A stretch of DNA of 64,000 nucleotides, from assembly GCA_030603685.1 (NCBI GenBank), contig JAUVXG010000002.1:3415-67414 (forward strand). The letters run 5' to 3'. Numbering within the stretch: position 1 is the stretch's first letter; each line of letters starts with the position of its first letter. Position numbers and translations under genes: made by a program. Shown here one piece after another: positions 18,776 through 24,566 of this stretch. The stretch comes from Pleomorphomonas sp. (lineage in GTDB: Bacteria > Pseudomonadota > Alphaproteobacteria > Rhizobiales > Pleomorphomonadaceae). The notes under the pieces are model-generated. The model worked only from the letters and a program-made list of their open reading frames with translations, was not told the DNA's origin and ran no database searches.

Positions 18776-19300
18776 TTATATGAGGGCGATGTCCCCGTCT
18801 TGATAGGCACTGAACGCCATATCGATCTCGTTCGGCGTCATATAAAGCCCACCGCATGCCGCATCGAGAAACCGTCGTACGCACATAAGGCCATCCTGCG
18901 TTCCGCTGTTGATCAATGCCATTGGCGGACGACCGCCGAACAGTGGAACCTTGTTGGGCGTCCTCAGCCACGCGACGCCCTCCCGTTCGTCCGATTGTAG
19001 TACGCCGAGGGATTGGTGGATGCCGAGAACGATCGAGATGCGCATGAGCGTGTCAACGTTCAGCATGATGTCCCGACACTCTCGAACCGCGTTCGTCCAT
19101 TTGCGGTAAGTGGAACGCGACGGCATTCCGAGGATGAGCAGGCGCTCCTCCTCACTTAATCCCCAAAGCTCGGCGATGTTCAGAAAGGTCCGCAGCCCGG
19201 GCGCACCGAGTCTACGGCGATTTGCGCGAGAGAAGCGCTCCGCGGCCGAGAGCAGCATGTCGTGGGCGCCATCAAACGCACCGCGCTTCCGGGTTACCAT
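18776..19300 (-). CDS. MbcA/ParS/Xre-type antitoxin-like protein (Xre-like HTH plus DUF2384)
   Basis: RISIVLGIHQSLGVLQSDEREGVAWLRTPNKVPLFGGRPPMALINSGTQDGLMCVRRFLDA matches the DUF2384 toxin-binding domain pattern. The ATG at 19300 has AAGGAG 6 nt upstream, whereas the ORF track start at 19402 has no comparable site. Confidence 0.75.
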   Translation of the reverse strand: MVTRKRGAFDGAHDMLLSAAERFSRANRRRLGAPGLRTFLNIAELWGLSEEERLLILGMPSRSTYRKWTNAVRECRDIMLNVDTLMRISIVLGIHQSLGVLQSDEREGVAWLRTPNKVPLFGGRPPMALINSGTQDGLMCVRRFLDAACGGLYMTPNEIDMAFSAYQDGDIALI

Positions 19301-19439
19301 GTCTGCTCCTTCGGCTGTTCGGTCTTCCCTTGTCGCTGTCCGGTGAGCAGGAGGCGGGCACGTGGCCGCTTCCTTTCTTTTATGCAGGCGAGAACCTGTC
19401 ACGCCTACTTGAGCTGGAATGCGGGAGTGGGATTACAAG

Positions 19440-19961
19440 TTACGACTCCGCACTCAACGACGCGGACAACAAGCCACGCCGCTCGATCTCAGCCATCAGA
19501 GCCGCGTCAGAAAGCTTCGCCAACATGGCCTCTTCCGCGACGCGGACCCCACCTTTGCGAATGATCGGCAGCGCTTCCGAGAACAGAATGCCGTGTCTTT
19601 CGGCGACCGTTGCAAAGGCCTCATGGATGGTGCGGTAGTTTCGCTCGATCTCCGCGCCGATCTGTTGAAATGTGCCAACGACGTGAAACTCGTCGAACTC
19701 AGCTCTGATCGACGCGTCCGGATCGCCTTCGAGCATCAGGCGGCCGTCCTTTTTCTCGAAGACGACGGAGTGGTAGACGGTGTCCATAAAGATGGTCTGA
19801 TTTGCCGTAGCCTTTATCGAGATGGAGCCGTCGTCCTTAGCTTCAACTAGATAGTCCCAGGCCTTATCGTCTTCCCATTGGCCGATAACGATCCCATCGA
19901 CAGCTGCCTGCAGATCGGCGAGAAAACGACCGTGTCCAGTGTCTTGCGCTTCGGAAGCCAT
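19440..19961 (-). CDS. Hypothetical 173-aa protein upstream of the DUF2384 gene
   Basis: Clean ORF with GAGGA upstream of the ATG. I recognise no motif. Confidence 0.5.
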   Translation of the reverse strand: MASEAQDTGHGRFLADLQAAVDGIVIGQWEDDKAWDYLVEAKDDGSISIKATANQTIFMDTVYHSVVFEKKDGRLMLEGDPDASIRAEFDEFHVVGTFQQIGAEIERNYRTIHEAFATVAERHGILFSEALPIIRKGGVRVAEEAMLAKLSDAALMAEIERRGLLSASLSAES

Positions 19962-20172
19962 CCTATTCCTCGTACCTTCAATGAACGGAGCATGCCCAAT
20001 GCACGCGGGGTCCGCGCGCCTTCCACCCCGTCACTTTTGCCCGTACGAGCTCGACGAGTCGGCCGCCATTCTAGGCGCCATTTGCTCGATGAAGCCACTG
20101 TCGACATAGTCTTCCGTCGGCTCCGGCGAGCGTCTCGACGACCGGGATGGAGGCAGGAGCAGCTAAAGGGAG

Positions 20173-21066
20173 TCATCGCCTGAACCGAGGCGTCCAGCTC
20201 TCTATCATCGCTTCGTCGTCATCCTCGTCCTCGGCGTCCTCGACTCGGTTGGTGAGTGCCTTGCAGGTTAGGACGGTCAGCGTCTTCGCGTACTGGCCAA
20301 GGCCAACGATCTCTTCGGTGATTGCGTACCTACGCTCGCCATCCATCCAGTCATTGAGGAGCCCGTCGGCGGAGTCCCGCTGTCCGGTTCGGACATTGGC
20401 GGGGCGAGCATTGAAACGCTCGGTTAGGGTGCCGCCAGGAACCGGGGTACCTTTCCTAAGCCAGGTCAAACCCTTCGCCTGCTTCAAACCATCAGACATA
20501 AAACACCAGTCGATGGACTGTCCGCTACTCAGCACCACGGCGACGCCATCGGGAGTAAGTGACGCGTAGCGAATGGCGGTTGAGGTGAGCGAGGTCTCGC
20601 AAGCCTTAGCCAACGCCTCAATACCTGCGAGACCGGCTGCGTAATTGTCGATCGCCTTTTTAAATGGGCGCTCTGGCATCAACAGCGCAGCAGCGAAATA
20701 GTCCGCTTCCTGTTCGAAGGGGTCGGCTGACGCAAAGCCCGCCTGTGAACAGTGCACTCCGCCAATCAATAAGGCTTCCGGGTGGCCTTCAATGCAATAA
20801 TGCCCCAACTCGTGTGCGATGCTGAACCTTTGGAAGCCGCGGCTCGGAATGCGGGTAGCATAGAGGATGCCAAATTCATCACCGGCCTTGAGCAGCATGC
20901 CGGACACGCCCTCGGCGGTATCCGGCTTCGCCATGACGGTTATGCCTTTGTCGGTGGCAATGGCTTCGGGGTCAACGTGTAGAGTTTCGATCTTCATTTG
21001 ATGAAGTAACGCGCTGGCTGCAGCCTCCACCATGCTGCGTCGCGCCAGCCTCGGCCTTCCCGTCAT
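20173..21066 (-). CDS. ImmA/IrrE-family zinc metallopeptidase (CapP-like)
   Basis: FSIAHELGHYCIEGH (HEXXH). 297 aa. Its start overlaps the stop of the upstream XRE gene (21063..21066). Confidence 0.8.
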   Translation of the reverse strand: MTGRPRLARRSMVEAAASALLHQMKIETLHVDPEAIATDKGITVMAKPDTAEGVSGMLLKAGDEFGILYATRIPSRGFQRFSIAHELGHYCIEGHPEALLIGGVHCSQAGFASADPFEQEADYFAAALLMPERPFKKAIDNYAAGLAGIEALAKACETSLTSTAIRYASLTPDGVAVVLSSGQSIDWCFMSDGLKQAKGLTWLRKGTPVPGGTLTERFNARPANVRTGQRDSADGLLNDWMDGERRYAITEEIVGLGQYAKTLTVLTCKALTNRVEDAEDEDDDEAMIESWTPRFRR

Positions 21067-21419
21067 TTGTCATCCTCCGTTGCACCGCGCTTCCTGATCA
21101 GCAGGTTTACAAAGTCCTTCGCCAGCTCCAAGTCCTGCGACGTGAGTTTATGTAGGTCGCGGTGAAGACGCCCAACGGTTTCGGCCGACGCATCGGGAGT
21201 CTCCGAACGGCCCAGTAAATAGTCCGTCGTCACGTCGAGAGCGGATGCCAAAACCTTCAGGTTGTCGAACGACGGCTTTCGCGGCCCCGATTCGAAATGA
21301 GATACCGATGCCGGCGGCAAATTCGCCTTGGCGGCAAGTTGTGCCTGGCTAAGGCCGCGAAGCTCGCGAGCCGCCCTAAGACGTTCCTTAAAGATATCAG
21401 CTGGTTGATCAGGGGTCAT
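21063..21419 (-). CDS. XRE-family HTH regulator (ImmR/CapH-like)
   Basis: LRGLSQAQLAAKANLPPASVSHFESGPRKPSFDNLKVLASALDVTTDYLLGR. It is coupled to the ImmA-like gene. Confidence 0.8.
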   Translation of the reverse strand: MTPDQPADIFKERLRAARELRGLSQAQLAAKANLPPASVSHFESGPRKPSFDNLKVLASALDVTTDYLLGRSETPDASAETVGRLHRDLHKLTSQDLELAKDFVNLLIRKRGATEDDK

Positions 21420-21434
21420 GGCATTCCCGACATG

Positions 21435-21478
21435 GTTAACTTGACAATATCGCCACTTCGAGTCATCGTGGCGTTAAC
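21435..21478. promoter_or_regulatory. Putative operator/promoter between the XRE-ImmA pair and the ubiquitin-like operon
   Basis: GTTAAC (21435..21440), TTGACA (21441..21446), the inverted repeat CGCCAC (21451..21456) / GTGGCG (21468..21473), and GTTAAC (21473..21478). Confidence 0.35.
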
Positions 21479-21536
21479 GGCAATTTTCGCATGGCGGAGT
21501 CGCAAGTATCAACCCCTGAAATCCAAGGAAATGACC

Positions 21537-21779
21537 ATGGCAAAAAACGACAGGTTCGTGGTGAAGCATGGAGAGGACTGGGCGGTGAAGCGTGCGGGGG
21601 TGGCTCGGCCGGAAAGCGTGCACAATCTGCAAAGCCAAGCCGAACAGCAGGCCAAGTCCACAGTTCGTAGCTTAGGCGGCGGCGAGGTTCGCATTCAGGG
21701 ACGCGATGGAAAGTGGCGGGATTCCGACACGGTGGCGTCCGGTCGAGACCCATCACCGCCGCGCGACCGCAAACACTGA
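21537..21779 (+). CDS. DUF2188 domain protein
   Basis: MAKNDRFVVKHGEDWAVKRAGVARPESVH...GEVRIQGRDGKWRDSDT is the DUF2188 pattern. AGGAA lies 7 nt upstream. An alternative ATG is at 21531. Confidence 0.65.
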   Translation: MAKNDRFVVKHGEDWAVKRAGVARPESVHNLQSQAEQQAKSTVRSLGGGEVRIQGRDGKWRDSDTVASGRDPSPPRDRKH

Positions 21780-21795
21780 GTAAGGAGCAGTCGAA

Positions 21796-22521
21796 ATGAG
21801 TGCCATCGATGCATCGGAGCACAACTCGGCCAGCCGACTGGGTCAGGACAGGTTCATCGCGCGTATTGCCGACGAAAGCTTTGTCTTCCGTGATTTCCCC
21901 TTCGACGAGCGCGAAGTCACCGGTGGGCAATTGGCCGAACGGATGCGAGCCCATCCCGTAACTGACTACGTCGTGCTTCAGCAGCTTGAAACTCTCGAAT
22001 TGGAAACTCTGCGTCCAAATGAACCGGCCGACCTTGCGAAGTCGGTTCGCTTCTTCGTCATCCGCGGTGACGCCGTTTACAGCTTCGTCGTTGATGGTCT
22101 GAGCATGGTCTGGCCGCGAAAGGTCATCGATGGTCGCAGCATCAAGCGCCTTGTCGATAAGGAAGACGACGCCTTCGAGCTTCTGCTTGAGCGCGAGGAC
22201 GAACCTGATCTGATCATCGGCGACAAGGACGAGGTGCACCTTTCGGACGATGGCGTTGAGAAGTTCCAGACCCGGCCAGTCAAGCCGAAAGTCACGATCA
22301 TCGTCGAGGGTACGCCGCATGTCTGGACCAAGAAGACCATCAGTTACGATGAGGTGGTCACGCTAGAGGTCCCCGACTACCCACAGCATCCGGAGATCAC
22401 CTACTCGGTAAAGTACAAGAACGGCGTCGGTGAACGGCCCGAAGGTGTTCTCGTCAAGGGAGCATCGGTCAAGGTCAAGAATGGGATGATCTTCAGTGTT
22501 TCACCAACTGGTCAGTCATAA
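21796..22521 (+). CDS. Multi-ubiquitin (tandem beta-grasp/Ubl repeat) protein
   Basis: 241 aa with about three repeats of the pattern hhhVxGxxxxWxxxxIxxxxh...V (for example VTIIVEGTPHVWTKKTISYDEVV and YSFVVDGLSMVWPRKVIDGRSI). AAGGAG precedes the ATG. It sits immediately upstream of an E1-like gene. Confidence 0.65.
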   Translation: MSAIDASEHNSASRLGQDRFIARIADESFVFRDFPFDEREVTGGQLAERMRAHPVTDYVVLQQLETLELETLRPNEPADLAKSVRFFVIRGDAVYSFVVDGLSMVWPRKVIDGRSIKRLVDKEDDAFELLLEREDEPDLIIGDKDEVHLSDDGVEKFQTRPVKPKVTIIVEGTPHVWTKKTISYDEVVTLEVPDYPQHPEITYSVKYKNGVGERPEGVLVKGASVKVKNGMIFSVSPTGQS

Positions 22522-23701
22522 CGACGACATTCGTCGTCTCGTTGAGAAGGGATATGCGGTCGGGTACGATAGCGAATATCTGCTCGTTCGCGACATTCCC
22601 TATCTCGATGAGAGGATGGAGCTGCAAATCGGTGCCATCGTCACGAAGCTGGTCTTCAAGGATCAGAACTGCGTCGGGCAGGACGATCACCAGATATTCT
22701 TCGCCGGCTCCCATCCATACAACATCGACGGAACGCCCATCGCCAATCTGGGCGGAGGGACAACATCACTGGCGTTGAGTCCTGCGGCTGCCGATATCAA
22801 GGTGCAGCGGAGCTTCTCCAATAAGCCGTGGGTCAACGGAAAGGGGGTTGGGTTTCCGGATTTCTTCGCAAAGATCGAGAGCTATGTCGGTATCATTTCG
22901 GGGCCGGCCATCGAACTGCGGGGCGGCAACCCATATACGTTTCGTACAGTGGGAGCCGTTGCCTCGGACTCCGTGTTCAAGATTCACGACACTCTGACCA
23001 GTCGTGCCGAGATTGGGGATTTGTCAGCAAAGTTCAGGAACGAGGTGGTCGCGATAATTGGCCTTGGGGGCACTGGAGCTTATCTCCTGGATTTCCTGGT
23101 GAAGACGCCAGTTAGGGAAATCCGCGGCTTTGATCTCGATGATTTCCACGTTCACAACGCCTTCCGTTCACCCGGCAAACTAGATGAGGGCGAGTTTCAG
23201 TGCAGAAAGGCTGACGTCTATCAGGCTCGCTACGATAACTTTCGACATGGGTTGTCTCTAAGAGCGAAGTTCGTCGATGATTCCGCCGTGGACGATTTAG
23301 ATGGGGTGACCTTCGCTTTCGTGTGCGTCGACAAGGGGACATCGAGGGCGGGCGTCTTCGAGCTTCTGATGACCAAGAAGATCCCGTTCATTGACGTTGG
23401 AATGGGCCTGAAGCGGCGGGAAGGCGGGGCGCTCAATGGCATGATGCGCACCACATACTATTCCGAGAACGACGCGGAGAAAGTAAAGGGAAAAGGGCTT
23501 TCCGAACTGTCTGGACATGCCGACGATCTTTATCGCACCAATATCCAGATCGGCGAGCTGAATGCGCTCAATGCGGCTCTCGCGGTTATCAAGTACAAGC
23601 AGATAAAGGGATTCTACTTCGAAGAAGCCCCTACATATCATCTTCTCTTCGAGATCGCCGATCTGAAAACCACTCCCGAGTCGAACCTTGACGAAGATTG
23701 A
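22496..23701 (+). CDS. E2-like N-terminal domain fused to a ThiF/MoeB-type E1 adenylyltransferase
   Basis: The Rossmann motif IIGLGGTGAYLL (aa 187-198), GFDLDDFHVHNAFRSPG and FVCVDK fit the E1 nucleotide-binding core. The N-terminal ~165 aa contain SHPYN (aa 72-76), reminiscent of the E2 HPN motif. The GTG start overlaps the Ubl gene by 26 nt. Confidence 0.75.
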   Translation: MFHQLVSHNDDIRRLVEKGYAVGYDSEYLLVRDIPYLDERMELQIGAIVTKLVFKDQNCVGQDDHQIFFAGSHPYNIDGTPIANLGGGTTSLALSPAAADIKVQRSFSNKPWVNGKGVGFPDFFAKIESYVGIISGPAIELRGGNPYTFRTVGAVASDSVFKIHDTLTSRAEIGDLSAKFRNEVVAIIGLGGTGAYLLDFLVKTPVREIRGFDLDDFHVHNAFRSPGKLDEGEFQCRKADVYQARYDNFRHGLSLRAKFVDDSAVDDLDGVTFAFVCVDKGTSRAGVFELLMTKKIPFIDVGMGLKRREGGALNGMMRTTYYSENDAEKVKGKGLSELSGHADDLYRTNIQIGELNALNAALAVIKYKQIKGFYFEEAPTYHLLFEIADLKTTPESNLDED

Positions 23702-23729
23702 AACCATCGCCTCCCGTCGCGTCGAGTTC

Positions 23730-24098
23730 ATGCCCAAACAGCTTGAGCCGGGTATTCTCTACATCTCAGAGAAATACGGCACGGCAGCGCATCTCTGTGC
23801 ATGCGGCTGCGGCGCAAAGGTTCGCACACCGATTGGACCGACGGAATGGAAGGTGACCGATACTCCAAACGGTCCGAGCTTGTGGCCGTCGATCGGAAAT
23901 TGGCAGGAAGCCTGCCAATCTCACTACGTCATCGAGGCCGGCAGGATCATCTGGTGTGGAAAATGGACGCCGGAGCAAATCCTTGCGGGACGTCACGCGG
24001 AGGAGGCGCGGCGCGCGGCATACTATGAAGCTATGTATGCAAAGCAGCCGAGTTGGCTTGTCCGGGTTTGGCGCTGGCTTCGCTCTTTGGTCGGATAA
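23730..24098 (+). CDS. Small Cys-rich (zinc-ribbon-like) protein, DUF6527-like
   Basis: MPKQLEPGILYISEKYGTAAHLCACGCGAKVRTP...CQSHYVIEAGRIIWCGKW. The ORF opens at a TTG at 23688 that overlaps the E1 stop. The ATG at 23730 is the more conventional start. Confidence 0.6.
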   Translation: MPKQLEPGILYISEKYGTAAHLCACGCGAKVRTPIGPTEWKVTDTPNGPSLWPSIGNWQEACQSHYVIEAGRIIWCGKWTPEQILAGRHAEEARRAAYYEAMYAKQPSWLVRVWRWLRSLVG

Positions 24099-24302
24099 AG
24101 GGGCACCTAGCTTCAAGGAAAGTCCCTCATAACAGCCAAATGATCGTCTGGCGAAGACCTCGGGGAAATCCGCCAATCTCTGGGCTAAAGTCCGGGAGCG
24201 CTTTGGGCCAGGTTCGGACACCGAGGCGCGACCGGAAGGCCCGGACGGACGCAGCACAGAAGTAGCCAAGAGGCGATCGCTGAGGGGGGCGGTTTTTATT
24301 CC

Positions 24303-24566
24303 CTAAGGTCGTTGTTCCTCTCGGACCTCGCGTAGCGCACGGCTGAATAGGTGATTGAAAATGCGGTCTCGGTCTTCCGCATTCGTCATGATGATGTTCT
24401 GAAGGCTGCTATCACGCTGATATTGTTTGATGGTCTCTTCCAGCAAGCGCCGGACGAACGTCGGGCGCGATACGTCTGGGGGGTTGTTGCGGAGCACCGC
24501 AGTCATTTCGTCGTCAAGCGCTTTGCGCTTCACCTGTTCCAGCCGAATGAAATCCTCTTCCGTGAA
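24303..24566 (-). pseudogene. hsdR: C-terminal 87 codons of hsdR, lying beyond an in-frame TAG
   Basis: It is in the same frame as hsdR. Reading across 24569..24567 gives ...SFNERHGT*FTEEDFIRLEQVKRKALDDEM... The ORF track lists only its GTG-initiated part (24303..24533). Confidence 0.7.

Noticed and set aside
18776-21066. Search for a RES, ART or other known toxin next to the DUF2384 gene, and for a JAB peptidase next to the Ubl operon
   Set aside because: None of the neighbouring ORFs shows the R-E-S triad pattern, ART motifs or the JAMM motif (ExnHxHx7Sx2D). Only an ImmA-type HEXXH peptidase is present.
21463-22320. 285-aa minus-strand ORF opposite the DUF2188 and multi-ubiquitin genes
   Set aside because: It has no RBS or motifs and overlaps two + strand genes that do have good RBSs and operon logic.
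24099-24302. Possible intrinsic terminator (G-rich run followed by GGTTTTTATT near 24285..24300) between the convergent Ubl and hsdR operons
   Set aside because: I could find only a 3-bp stem, which is too weak to call.
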